A stretch of 64,000 bases of DNA from assembly GCA_017528315.1 (NCBI GenBank), contig JAFXOW010000003.1:95222-159221 (forward strand), read 5' to 3'. Below the pieces are notes generated by a model, which saw only the letters and a list, made by a program, of their open reading frames with translations, searched no databases and had not been told where the DNA came from. Shown here one piece after another: positions 8,915-19,146 of the stretch. A program made the translations under genes and the position numbers. Source of the stretch: Bacilli bacterium. Its GTDB lineage: Bacteria; Bacillota_I; Bacilli_A; RF39; UBA660. Position 1 is the first letter of the stretch; every line of letters starts with the position of its first letter.

Positions 8915-9679
8915 TTAACCTAATCTTTTATATTGGTTTACTACATTATTAGTTGTAATTTTAATTACTTCTTCTAGACTTATTCCTTTTATATTAGCTA
9001 AATTCTCACATATAATACTTATATTTTTAGGTTCATTCTTTACACCACGAAATGGTTCTGGAGAAAGATAAGGACTATCTGTTTCTAAAACGATATTTTC
9101 AAGGGGAATATATTTTAAAGTTTCTTTCAAATTAGTATTTTTAAATGTTGATACTCCTCCTATTCCTAGTAAATATCCTTCTTTAATATACATTTTAGCT
9201 ATTTCTAAACTTCCAGTAAAGCAATGAATTGTTGTTTTTAATTTATATTCTTTTAAAATATTAATTGTATCATTTGTTGCCTCTCTTGAATGAATAATAA
9301 CAGGCATATCTAATTTTTTAGCTAAATCTAATTGCTCTTTAAATAATTTAATTTGTTCTTTTTTATTATCTTTATTATGATAATAATCTAAGCCTATTTC
9401 TCCTATACCAATTATTTTTTGATTACTTTTAATTAATTTTTCAAAGTAAGTAATAGTTGTATCATTAAAAGAATCTATTTCATCTGGATGAAGTCCTATT
9501 GTTAAATAAATATTAGGGTATCTATTTATAATTTCTAATAATTCTTCAATATTTTTTAAATCACAACAAGAAAGAATTAAATTTTCGACATTATTATCCC
9601 TAGCTCTTTTTATAATTTCTTCTATATCATCTTCCGAATTTAAATGAAAATGAGTATCTGTTAAACTATTTAGTTTCAT
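8915..9679 (-). CDS. tatD: TatD-family metal-dependent DNase/hydrolase
   Basis: DTHFHL start, GEIGLDY, IHSR and a C-terminal ETDSPYL motif. Confidence 0.9.
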   Translation of the reverse strand: MKLNSLTDTHFHLNSEDDIEEIIKRARDNNVENLILSCCDLKNIEELLEIINRYPNIYLTIGLHPDEIDSFNDTTITYFEKLIKSNQKIIGIGEIGLDYYHNKDNKKEQIKLFKEQLDLAKKLDMPVIIHSREATNDTINILKEYKLKTTIHCFTGSLEIAKMYIKEGYLLGIGGVSTFKNTNLKETLKYIPLENIVLETDSPYLSPEPFRGVKNEPKNISIICENLANIKGISLEEVIKITTNNVVNQYKRLG

Positions 9680-11207
9680 CTTTAATTTCTATTCTCATAA
9701 ATATTGGTTTAAAGTCATTTATATGAATGTTAGTTTCTAATATTCCAAATTTATTGGTACTTTCATAATTAATTTCTTTAGTATTTAATTGTCTTATTAT
9801 TTCTTTGGATGTTCTTGGTAAATATGGACTTAGTAAAATAGCACCTATTCTAATAGATTCTAATAAATTATAAAGAACATTTTTTAATTTATCAGTATCA
9901 TTATTTTTAGCAAGTATCCATGGTGTTGTTTCGTCAATATATTTATTGCATCTTCTAAATATTTCAAATATAGAATCAATTGCTTCTGGTATTTCTAATT
10001 TATCCATATAATTTTCCATTTTTTCTTTAGTACTTGTTACTATATTTATTAAATCTTCATCAAATTCCGTTTTAACATCACTTTTTTCTATTACACCGTC
10101 AAAATATTTGGTAAGCATTGATAAAGTTCTATTAACAAGATTTCCCAAAGTATTAGCAAGATCAGCATTATACCTTGAAAGTAGTAATTCTTCTGAAAAT
10201 TGTCCATCACTTCCAAATGGTACTTCTCTTAGTAAATAATAACGTATAGCATCGACTCCATATTCCAAAATATATTCTCTTGGATCACGATAATTACCTA
10301 AACTTTTAGATATTTTTCCACCATTAATAACTAACCAACCATGTCCAAAGACTTGATGAGGTAAAGGTAAATCTAAAGCCATTAACATAATTGGCCAAAT
10401 AATAGTATGAAATCTTACTATTTCTTTTCCAACAATATGCAAATCAGCTGGCCAATATTTTTTAAAATTAGAATCATCTTCACTTAAATAACCTAAAGCA
10501 CTTATATAGTTTGATAAAGCATCTATCCAAACATATACAATATGTTTTTCATCAAATGTTACTGGTATTCCCCAAGTAAAACTGGTTCGAGATACACATA
10601 AATCTTCAAGACCAGGTTTAATAAAGTTATTTAACATTTCATTTTTACGAGATACAGGCTGTATAAATTCTGGATGTTCTTCAATGTACTCTTCTAATCT
10701 CTTTTGATATTTACTTAATTTAAAGAAATAAGCTTCTTCGGCTACTTCATTGACTTCCCGCGCGCAATCAGGACATTTTCCATCAACAAGTTGCGTTTCC
10801 GTCCAAAAAGATTCACAAGGTGTACAATATAATCCTTTATATTCTCCTTTATAAATATCTCCCTGATCATATAACTTTTTAAAGATTTTTTGAACTGTAT
10901 CTATATGTTCACTATCCGTTGTTCTAATAAACTTATCATATTCTACATCAAGAGCTTTCCATAAATCTTTAGCATTTTCAATTATTTTATCGACATATTC
11001 TTTAGGAGTGACTCCAGCGTCATTTGCCTTTTTTTCTATTTTTAAACCATGTTCATCACTTCCTGTTAAAAAGTATGTATCATAACCTTCTAATTTTTTA
11101 AATCTATTTATAGCATCAGCAATTACAGTTGTATAACAATGTCCTATATGAAAATTTGCTGATGGATAATAAATTGGTGTTGTTAAATAATATTTTTTCT
11201 TTTCCAT
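9666..11207 (-). CDS. metG: Methionine--tRNA ligase (short form without the C-terminal tRNA-binding domain)
   Basis: Class I motifs NFHIGH (HIGH) and KISKS (KMSKS), plus the zinc knuckle CTPCESF...CPDC. Confidence 0.95.
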   Translation of the reverse strand: MEKKKYYLTTPIYYPSANFHIGHCYTTVIADAINRFKKLEGYDTYFLTGSDEHGLKIEKKANDAGVTPKEYVDKIIENAKDLWKALDVEYDKFIRTTDSEHIDTVQKIFKKLYDQGDIYKGEYKGLYCTPCESFWTETQLVDGKCPDCAREVNEVAEEAYFFKLSKYQKRLEEYIEEHPEFIQPVSRKNEMLNNFIKPGLEDLCVSRTSFTWGIPVTFDEKHIVYVWIDALSNYISALGYLSEDDSNFKKYWPADLHIVGKEIVRFHTIIWPIMLMALDLPLPHQVFGHGWLVINGGKISKSLGNYRDPREYILEYGVDAIRYYLLREVPFGSDGQFSEELLLSRYNADLANTLGNLVNRTLSMLTKYFDGVIEKSDVKTEFDEDLINIVTSTKEKMENYMDKLEIPEAIDSIFEIFRRCNKYIDETTPWILAKNNDTDKLKNVLYNLLESIRIGAILLSPYLPRTSKEIIRQLNTKEINYESTNKFGILETNIHINDFKPIFMRIEIKDETK

Positions 11208-11224
11208 TTTAATTTTTCTCCTTT

Positions 11225-12040
11225 TTATTTAGTTTTAAATATTCCTAAGATATCATTACCTGCATAGGTTTCAGGTAATTTCCCATCCCATTTTTCTATA
11301 AATTCTTTTTCAATTAATTCATCAGTTAAAGATTGTTTTAATAAATCATTAGCATGTTTTTCAGCTTCAGCTTCAACAATTTTAGCCTCACTTTCAAGTT
11401 TAGCAGTTGCTAGTTTTTGTTCAGCAACTTGTTTTTCTTCAATAGCTTTTGAATATTCATCACTAAAAGATAAATTAATTATATTAAAATTATCAATTAC
11501 TATGCCATATTTTTCTACTTTTTCTTGTAATACTTTTAAAGATTCACTTGATACTTCACTTCTTTTAGTAATGGTTTCTTCTGCTGTATACTTCGATATA
11601 ACTGATTTAACACTTTCTTCGATAACAGGTTCCAATATAGTCATTTCATAATTATTACCAACTGTTTTATATAAACTACTTGCTTTATCAGATTCAATTC
11701 GATAGTTGACAGCCATTTTTGTATTAATATCTTGTAAATCACGACTGGCAGCACTAGTTTCAAGTTCAACTTTTTGCACTTTAATATTTACTTTAACAAT
11801 ATCTTCTATATAAGGTATTTTTAAGTTAAATCCTTCTTTTAAATTACTATCAATAATCTTTCCAAATCGAACTCTAAGTCCTACTTCTCCACTTTTAATA
11901 GTTTGAAAACTACAAAGTAATGTAACTAATAAAAATAGTACTATTACTCCTATAATTATTAATTTTTTATTTTCTTTTAAATTCCAATTTTTCATATAAT
12001 ACTCTTTTACTCCTTTTTCTTTAAATACTCTAATTCTCAT
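11225..12040 (-). CDS. SPFH/band-7 (prohibitin-like) membrane protein; start ambiguous (12040 or 11995)
   Basis: TM segment followed by GEVGLRVRFGKI...NLKIPYIEDIVKVNIKVQ and a C-terminal coiled coil. It is the first gene downstream of the Met T-box. Confidence 0.8.
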   Translation of the reverse strand: MRIRVFKEKGVKEYYMKNWNLKENKKLIIIGVIVLFLLVTLLCSFQTIKSGEVGLRVRFGKIIDSNLKEGFNLKIPYIEDIVKVNIKVQKVELETSAASRDLQDINTKMAVNYRIESDKASSLYKTVGNNYEMTILEPVIEESVKSVISKYTAEETITKRSEVSSESLKVLQEKVEKYGIVIDNFNIINLSFSDEYSKAIEEKQVAEQKLATAKLESEAKIVEAEAEKHANDLLKQSLTDELIEKEFIEKWDGKLPETYAGNDILGIFKTK

Positions 12041-12077
12041 AATTCTACATCCGTACTCTCCCCATAATCTTCCTCCT

Positions 12078-12288
12078 AAAAAAAAGAGACTTTCACCTCA
12101 AGGACGAAAATCTCGTGTTACCACCTTATTTTACATATATTTCTATATGCCTCATTACTTATAACAGAGCAACCTGTATATTTCTATAAACTCCAAAACC
12201 ATCTTCCATTTTTCTAAATTAGTTTCTTTCACCAATTGAAACCTCTCTTTAAATTCTTTCAAATGTACTCATTTCTTCCTCGTTTTAT
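12078..12288 (-). promoter_or_regulatory. T-box riboswitch leader, probable Met specifier (AUG)
   Basis: Read on the minus strand. Promoter TTGAAT-17-TATAAT with TG extension. Stem I elements AGAGAGG...TGGTGAAAG. Candidate specifier GAAAAAUGGAAG. T-box sequence AAUAAGGUGGUAACACGAG. Terminator GAGAUUUUC...GAAAGUCUC followed by U8. Confidence 0.8.
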
Positions 12289-12315
12289 GCTCGTATTATA
12301 TCACAAATTTTAAAT

Positions 12316-12834
12316 TTATTCAAGATATTTCTCTAAATAATGATTCATTAAATCAACTAACTTAGTATCGATATTTTGATAATTATCACTTAAGAAAATA
12401 ATTAAACCAACTGTATCACCATTTATAATTATAGTTTTAATAAGATAAGTACTATCTATAACATTTTCACTGCTAAGTAATAAATTTATCTTTGTTTGTT
12501 TTATTACTTCTCTTCTTTCATCTAAAATATTCGAAAGATAAGGACTCAACTCTTTACATACTAAATACTGATAATTTTTACTTACTATTTTAAAATTATT
12601 TAAATTAGTAAGTAAAATATCTACTTTATAAACATCACTTATAATATCCAAAAGATTTTTTAAAGCATTATCACTCTCATCTAATTCTGAATAACGATTT
12701 AAAATTATTTCTTCTCCTTGAACATTTATTTCAACTTGTTCATTTTCTTTAATTTTTAAAACTTTTCTTATTTCTTTAGGAATAACTATTCTTCCTAAAC
12801 TATCTACTCTTCTAACCATTCCTGTTGTTTTCAT
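12316..12834 (-). CDS. spoVT: Stage V sporulation regulator SpoVT (AbrB-type N-domain plus C-terminal sensor domain)
   Basis: N-terminus MKTTGMVRRVDSLGRIVIPKEIRKVLKIKENEQVEI (swapped-hairpin AbrB fold). The 172-aa length and the position near mfd match Bacillus. Confidence 0.8.
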   Translation of the reverse strand: MKTTGMVRRVDSLGRIVIPKEIRKVLKIKENEQVEINVQGEEIILNRYSELDESDNALKNLLDIISDVYKVDILLTNLNNFKIVSKNYQYLVCKELSPYLSNILDERREVIKQTKINLLLSSENVIDSTYLIKTIIINGDTVGLIIFLSDNYQNIDTKLVDLMNHYLEKYLE

Positions 12835-12878
12835 CTAATCACCAAGAATAGTATTGGTTAATTTTAAAAATTTATACT

Positions 12879-13484
12879 TTAATTTTCTATTTCTTCTTTA
12901 TTTCCTATAGTATTTTTATTTAATTCTTGATATTTTAAATAACTTTCTTTAAAAGTATTTAAAAGAATTATATCACGGTTATTAATAACATCTCCTATTT
13001 TGTTATTTAAATTATCTTTTAAAACATTTCTTAAATATTCTTCTATTCTTAAATTACAAAATGAATCATTGTATAATTTAGTAATTTCTTTTATTAATTT
13101 TTCAATATTATTTTGATAATAATTATTTAATTCATTAGTTATATTAATTTTTATTTCTTTTAGATTTTTATCATAGATACTTATATCCTCTGTTTTAATA
13201 AATAATTGTTCTAAATTAATTTTTTTATCTTCTAATAATTTCATTAAATTAGTACGATAATTTTCTAAAAAGCTATTTATATTTTCTTTTATAATTGATT
13301 GATTTCCAAATGATTCAGTTATTTTTAAAATACGATTAATTGAATATTCACTTATATTATTTAATAAATTTTCAATGGATAGTACTAGAACTTCTAAGTT
13401 ATTAGCTAGATCAAGATTAAGTTTGTTTAAGTATATTTCTTTATTTTTTTCTTGTAACTGCTTTTTTATATCTTCTTCGTTCAT
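12879..13484 (-). CDS. Hypothetical helical/coiled-coil protein
   Basis: 201-aa ORF with promoter TTGACA-17-TATTCT and RBS AAAGGAA. I recognise no motif. Confidence 0.5.
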   Translation of the reverse strand: MNEEDIKKQLQEKNKEIYLNKLNLDLANNLEVLVLSIENLLNNISEYSINRILKITESFGNQSIIKENINSFLENYRTNLMKLLEDKKINLEQLFIKTEDISIYDKNLKEIKINITNELNNYYQNNIEKLIKEITKLYNDSFCNLRIEEYLRNVLKDNLNNKIGDVINNRDIILLNTFKESYLKYQELNKNTIGNKEEIEN

Positions 13485-13743
13485 ATGTATTCCTTTCTAT
13501 CTTTTTATATCAATAGAATACCAATTTTACACAAATTTGTCAAATTTAATTTTACGTAACTAAAATTGCTTTTATTTTTCATTTTTTTATATTTGACATT
13601 TCATAAAAGTATATGTAAAAAAATATTTTATAGAACACATAAAGATTCTTATTAAGACTAAATCACTATCAAGCATCATATACTCACCATTACTTTTTTC
13701 TCTCTTTATCAACTACTAATTTTTCATTAAAGTACTAAAATTT

Positions 13744-13784
13744 AAAAAAAGATTAAACAAACTAATTTTAGTATAATTTAATCT
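13744..13784 (-). terminator. Intrinsic terminator of mfd
   Basis: Minus strand AGATTAAA...ACTAA-AAT-TTAGT...TTTAATCT followed by T7. It overlaps the stop codon. Confidence 0.55.
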
Positions 13785-16700
13785 TTTAATAAATCTATTA
13801 AATAATAAATTGGATGTTTATCTAGTCCTTTTAAAGATAAAATTACATGGACTCTTAAATTATGATAGCTAAAAGTAAAATTACGAGATATATGATAAGC
13901 TTTCATAAACATAGATTCACCATCGATTTGTTTACTAGAATCAATATTATAAATTAGTTCTATCGAATCTTTGTTTTGTTTTACTTCTTCAATACCTTTA
14001 TTTCTAGCTAATTTATCAAACCATTCTTCATGCATATAAACAAGTATTTCTTCTGTTGGCGTACCAAATCTATCTTCAAATTCTTCTTTAACATTTAATA
14101 ACTTTTCATATGAATCAATTGTATTAATTAATTTATGAATCTCAATTTTTAAATGAGAATCCTTAGTGTATTTATCATCGATATGAGTAGATACAGATAT
14201 AAGAGGTTTTTCTTCTTTTATCTCTTCTTCTACTAATACTTCACCTTTTAATTTTTTAGTTTCATCATTTAATATTTTAAGATATAAATCTATTCCGACT
14301 GAATCTATAAATCCTGCTTGTTCACTTCCTAAAATATCTCCTGCTCCTCTTATTGATAAATCCCTACTTGCAATTGCATACCCCGAACCCAGTTCTGTAA
14401 ATTCCTTTAAAACATTTAATCTCTTTATACTAGCTTCACTTAAATTCTTATGTTCTGGATACATTAAATAAGCATAGGCAACTTTATCACTCCGACCAAC
14501 TCTTCCTCTTATTTGATAAAGTTGAGATAATCCAAATAACTCAGCATCAAGAACAATTAAGGTATTTGCATTTGGTATATCTATACCTGTTTCAATTATG
14601 GTTGTACAAAGTAAAATATCATATTCATGATTAATAAATTTAATCATTCTATCTTCAAGTTCTGTTTTAGATAATTGCCCATGAGCTAAAACAATTCTTG
14701 CATTAGGAACTAACTTTTGAATCTCTATCATCTTTGATTCAATAGTCTCTACTCGATTATATAAAATAAATACTTGCCCATCTCTTAGCATTTCTTTAAC
14801 AATCGCGTCTTTAATTAACTCATGTTGTTCATAAACAACATAAGTTTGAACAGGATATCTATTAACTGGTGGAGTTTTAATAACTGATAATGAACGAATA
14901 CCAACAATAGACATTTGAAGAGTTCTTGGAATGGGAGTTGCTGTAAGAGTTAAAACATCAACATTAGCTTTATATTGTTTTAATTTTTCTTTATGAGCTA
15001 CTCCAAATCTTTGTTCTTCATCAATTATTAAAAGTCCTAAATCTTTAGGTTTTATATCACTACTAAGTAATCTATGAGTACCAATTACAATATCAACTGT
15101 CCCATTTTGTAATCCTTCTATTGTTTCTCGGGTTTTCTTGACTGTTGTAAAACGATTTAAAAGTTCAATTTTAACTGGATAATTCTGAAATCTTAAAAGA
15201 GCACTTTGATATTGTTGATTAGATAGAATTGTCGTTGGACATAGATATAAAACTTGTTTTCCATCATACACAGCCTTAAACATAGCTCTAAAAGCTACTT
15301 CCGTTTTACCAAATCCAACATCTCCACACAAAAGTCTATCCATTGGATGTTCCTCTTCCATTTCTTGTTTTATCTCATCATAGGCTTTTATTTGATCAGG
15401 AGTTGGTAGATATTCAAATTCTTTGTAAAATTCTTCATGATATTTAGTATCTTTTGAAAAAGCAAAACCTTTCTGCATACTACGAATAGCATATAATTTA
15501 ATAAGTTTATCAGCTATATCCCGAACTTTATTAATAATTCTTTGTTTATTCTTCTTCCATTCTAAACTTCCTAAGCCATTTATTCGCGGAGAAACTCCTT
15601 CACGTCCTGAATATTTACTAATTAGTTCTATCTTTTCAACTGGAATATATAACTTATCATCATCTTTATATAATATTTCTAAATAATCTTTTTTTAAATC
15701 ACCGACATTTAAAGTTTTAATTCCATTATAAATGCCTATACCATTTATACTATGTACTACATAATCTCCAACATTTAAACTATTTAAATCTTTTATTTTA
15801 ACAGCATATTTAAATTTAGTTTTATACTTTTTAGGAAGCTTTCTTATATTAAATAAATCGAATGAGGTTAAAATAATAGTATTTTGATAAATAAAACCTT
15901 CCGATAAATCAAAATTTACTATATTAATTAAATCGTCACTTAAATTATTTATATCCGTTAATAAATAATTTAAATTTAGATATTTAGTAAAACTTTTTAC
16001 TTGATAATCTTTTAAACATAGTATGATTTGTTTTTTCATACTAAATGATTCTTTTAAATAAGTATTGATAATATCTATATTTTCATGAAATTTAGGAGCC
16101 TTTTTCACATGAAAATCAATTAATTTATCTAAATTATGATTGGGTATTAAGTTATCAACACTTAAATAATGAATAACTTTTTTTCTATCTAATATATCTA
16201 AATTATACATGTAGTTTCCTGTATAATTTTTATCATTTTCTTTATAAGAAATGACTTCATCTAACATTTTTTGATAATTATTTTCTAAAAATGTCAAATC
16301 TTTTACAATAGTAATAGGATTATTTAAATATTCTGATATATTACCAATATTCTTTAAATATTTTGGTAAATATTTTTGCATTCTTTCTTCTTCAATTAAA
16401 TTAGCATAATTATCTAATAAAAATTCTGTATAAGGATAAATTGTTACTTCATTTATTTCTTGAATTTTCTTTTGATTTTCTTCATTAAATTCTCGAATAG
16501 ATTCAATTTCATCTCCAAAGAATTCTATTCTTATAGGATGATCATTTGATACTGGAAAGATATCAATTATATAACCTCGAACTCCAAGTTCTCCTGTTTT
16601 AGTAACAATTGTTTCTCTTTTATAACCTAAGTTATATAATTTTTCTATTAAGGTATTAGGTTCTATTTCCATTCCAGTCTTTAATTTTAAAATATTTTTT

Positions 16701-17065
16701 TTATAAATTTCAGGAGTTGGTAAATATCTTAAATAACCATTTAAATGAGTTATAACTATTTTTGTAGATTTATTTACAAGTTCATTTAAAGTTTCAAGTC
16801 TAGTTACCATTAAATCGGGACTTACGCTTATAGCTTCACTTGTTAAAAAATCATCCATTGGAAAAAACAAAACATTTTCACTTAAACAAGATAATATATT
16901 TAATAAATTATTAGCATCAGTTAGAGTTGGTGTTACAATTAGAAGACTCTTATTATATTTTTCAAACCAACTTAAAGCTAAAACACTAAAAGACTCATCA
17001 GACAATCCTGATAAGCCTAAATTTTCCCTATACTCAATATTAAATAAATCATATAGTTTTTTCAT
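13778..17065 (-). CDS. mfd: Transcription-repair coupling factor
   Basis: 1095 aa, helicase motifs GDVGFGKTEVA and DEEQRFGV, TRG region. It is adjacent to pth. Confidence 0.95.
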   Translation of the reverse strand: MKKLYDLFNIEYRENLGLSGLSDESFSVLALSWFEKYNKSLLIVTPTLTDANNLLNILSCLSENVLFFPMDDFLTSEAISVSPDLMVTRLETLNELVNKSTKIVITHLNGYLRYLPTPEIYKKNILKLKTGMEIEPNTLIEKLYNLGYKRETIVTKTGELGVRGYIIDIFPVSNDHPIRIEFFGDEIESIREFNEENQKKIQEINEVTIYPYTEFLLDNYANLIEEERMQKYLPKYLKNIGNISEYLNNPITIVKDLTFLENNYQKMLDEVISYKENDKNYTGNYMYNLDILDRKKVIHYLSVDNLIPNHNLDKLIDFHVKKAPKFHENIDIINTYLKESFSMKKQIILCLKDYQVKSFTKYLNLNYLLTDINNLSDDLINIVNFDLSEGFIYQNTIILTSFDLFNIRKLPKKYKTKFKYAVKIKDLNSLNVGDYVVHSINGIGIYNGIKTLNVGDLKKDYLEILYKDDDKLYIPVEKIELISKYSGREGVSPRINGLGSLEWKKNKQRIINKVRDIADKLIKLYAIRSMQKGFAFSKDTKYHEEFYKEFEYLPTPDQIKAYDEIKQEMEEEHPMDRLLCGDVGFGKTEVAFRAMFKAVYDGKQVLYLCPTTILSNQQYQSALLRFQNYPVKIELLNRFTTVKKTRETIEGLQNGTVDIVIGTHRLLSSDIKPKDLGLLIIDEEQRFGVAHKEKLKQYKANVDVLTLTATPIPRTLQMSIVGIRSLSVIKTPPVNRYPVQTYVVYEQHELIKDAIVKEMLRDGQVFILYNRVETIESKMIEIQKLVPNARIVLAHGQLSKTELEDRMIKFINHEYDILLCTTIIETGIDIPNANTLIVLDAELFGLSQLYQIRGRVGRSDKVAYAYLMYPEHKNLSEASIKRLNVLKEFTELGSGYAIASRDLSIRGAGDILGSEQAGFIDSVGIDLYLKILNDETKKLKGEVLVEEEIKEEKPLISVSTHIDDKYTKDSHLKIEIHKLINTIDSYEKLLNVKEEFEDRFGTPTEEILVYMHEEWFDKLARNKGIEEVKQNKDSIELIYNIDSSKQIDGESMFMKAYHISRNFTFSYHNLRVHVILSLKGLDKHPIYYLIDLLKD

Positions 17066-17625
17066 TAATCTCTCCTGTTATACTTAGACATTAAATCATT
17101 AAAAGGTAAGTTAAAATAGTCATCTATTATATTTAATATTTTAGTTTCATTTTGTTTTAAAATTTTTAAATCTTCTTCACTAAATTTTCCTAATACATAA
17201 TCTTTAGTATCAATCATTTTATTATTACTAATGCCCAGTTTTAATCTTTTAAATTCAGAAGTATTTAAATTTAAAATAATATTTTTTATTCCATTATGAC
17301 CACCTGATGATCCATTTTCTTTTAATTTAATTCTTCCCATCTCCATATCTAAGTCATCATGGATAACTAAAATATCTTCACTTTTTATTTTGTAATAATT
17401 CATAAATTTTATAACTGCTTCTCCTGATAAATTCATATAGGTTAATGGTTTTAATAAAATAACATCCATATTTTCTATCTTTGTCTTAGCATACATTGCT
17501 TTATATTTTTCTTTAAATGTAAGATTTAATTTATTAGCAAGTATATCTAAATAATAAAAACCTATGTTATGTCTTGTATTTTCATATTCACACCCTGGAT
17601 TACCTAGTCCGACTATTAGTTTCAT
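17065..17625 (-). CDS. pth: Peptidyl-tRNA hydrolase
   Basis: MKLIVGLGNPG..YENTRHNIGF and GHNGIKNI. Confidence 0.95.
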   Translation of the reverse strand: MKLIVGLGNPGCEYENTRHNIGFYYLDILANKLNLTFKEKYKAMYAKTKIENMDVILLKPLTYMNLSGEAVIKFMNYYKIKSEDILVIHDDLDMEMGRIKLKENGSSGGHNGIKNIILNLNTSEFKRLKLGISNNKMIDTKDYVLGKFSEEDLKILKQNETKILNIIDDYFNLPFNDLMSKYNRRD

Positions 17626-17650
17626 AATATCACCTTTTCTTTTTTATTAT

Positions 17651-18367
17651 TTACTGAAAACATTTAAGTATTTCATTTCTATATGTTCCATCACTATTAT
17701 GAATAAATAATGGTTCTTTTACTTTTATTCCTTCTTTACCATTTTTGGTTGCTTTTATCATAAATAATTTTGATTCTTTATCTTTTTTAGGATAAATAAA
17801 TTTTATTTCTTTAGGAGTTAAATTATATTTTTTTAAACATTCTAATATTTCCATTAATCTTTCCGTTCTATGAACCATATAAAATGAACCATTCGTTTTA
17901 AGTAAGTAAAATGCTATTTCTAATAATTTATCTAAAGTTAAACTATTTTCATGACGAGCGGTTGCTTTTATATTGTTTTGATTAATTAAAGACTTTTCTA
18001 AGACTTTAAAATATGGAGGATTAACAGTTACAATATCAAAAGTATCAGCATCAAAAACCTTTTTTAAATTAGAAACATCTTCTCTTAATAAAGTTATTTG
18101 CTTTTCCTTATTATTTATGGCTATGCTTTTTTGACCCAGTTCATATACTTCTTTTTGTAGTTCTACAGCATATATCATAGCCTTAGTTTTTAAAGACAAT
18201 ATTAAAGGAATTGGACAATTACCAGAACATAAATCAATTATTTTTTTATCTCTTAAATTAATATTAACAAATTCTGACAATAAAATACTTTCTAAAGAAA
18301 ATTTAAAATATTTATCATCTTGATAAATTTTTAAATTCTTACCTACTAAATCATTTAAAACTTCCAT
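17651..18367 (-). CDS. SAM-dependent N6-adenine methyltransferase, tRNA1(Val) m6A37 TrmN6/YabB-like
   Basis: DLCSGNCPIP SAM-binding motif and the NPPY catalytic tetrad (VTVNPPYF). Confidence 0.65.
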   Translation of the reverse strand: MEVLNDLVGKNLKIYQDDKYFKFSLESILLSEFVNINLRDKKIIDLCSGNCPIPLILSLKTKAMIYAVELQKEVYELGQKSIAINNKEKQITLLREDVSNLKKVFDADTFDIVTVNPPYFKVLEKSLINQNNIKATARHENSLTLDKLLEIAFYLLKTNGSFYMVHRTERLMEILECLKKYNLTPKEIKFIYPKKDKESKLFMIKATKNGKEGIKVKEPLFIHNSDGTYRNEILKCFQ

Positions 18368-19146
18368 TATAAGAACACTACTTCTTTACTAGTTTCACTG
18401 GCTAAAGTTACTTTTCTTTTTAAGATATCAACATCTACTACTTTATAAGTTTGATTGTTATAATCATAATCATCACCAATATTAGGAAGACCTTTTCTAA
18501 ATTCCGTATAAATTTCATCTTCATATGAAAGGCAACAAAGAAGACGTCCACATACTCCATTTATCTTCGTTGGGTTTAAAGCTAAAGCTTGATTCTTAGC
18601 CATATTTATCGTAACACTATTTAAGTCGGTTAAAAAAGAATTACAACACAAGAATCTTCCACATGGACCGATTCCTCCTATTTCTTTAGCTTTATCACGA
18701 ATACCTATTTGTCTTAACTCAATTCTTGTTTTGTAGATAGCTGCTAAATGCTTTAATAATTCTCGAAAATCAATTCTTTCATCAGCTAAAAAATTAAATA
18801 ATAATTGTTTTCTATCAAAGGTATAACTAGCATCTAAAAGTTTCATTTTTAATCCTAATTCAGAAACAATGTATCTTGCTCTTTCTAAAGCATTCTCACT
18901 ATCTTTAAGATTTTTAGAATGTTGTTTTAAATCATGCTTACTAGCAATCCTTATAACATCTTTTAAAGGACTTATTAAACTATGTTCAGAAATCTCTTTT
19001 TCTGGAACAATAACTTCTCCTAATTGCCAACCTCTTTCTGTTTCAACAATTACATTGGTATTCATACTAATTGATTCATTATCACATTTAAAATAATAGG
19101 TACGCCCCTTTTCAGAAAATCTAACTCCACATACTTTTATCATCAT
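18367..19146 (-). CDS. ricT: PSP1-domain protein YaaT/RicT (stage 0 sporulation)
   Basis: PSP1 signature with a Cys cluster (CGRFLCC...CGRLLCCL). It lies downstream of holB, as in Bacillus. Confidence 0.85.
   Translation of the reverse strand: MMIKVCGVRFSEKGRTYYFKCDNESISMNTNVIVETERGWQLGEVIVPEKEISEHSLISPLKDVIRIASKHDLKQHSKNLKDSENALERARYIVSELGLKMKLLDASYTFDRKQLLFNFLADERIDFRELLKHLAAIYKTRIELRQIGIRDKAKEIGGIGPCGRFLCCNSFLTDLNSVTINMAKNQALALNPTKINGVCGRLLCCLSYEDEIYTEFRKGLPNIGDDYDYNNQTYKVVDVDILKRKVTLASETSKEVVFL

Noticed and set aside
13560-13660. A candidate 30-aa hydrophobic small ORF (MMLDSDLVLIRIFMCSIKYFFTYTFMKCQI, minus strand, GGTGAG upstream) in the 290-bp mfd-downstream spacer. It could be a type I toxin-like peptide.
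   Set aside because: There is no convincing promoter, antisense partner or terminator, and such ORFs arise easily in AT-rich spacers. Coordinates are approximate.
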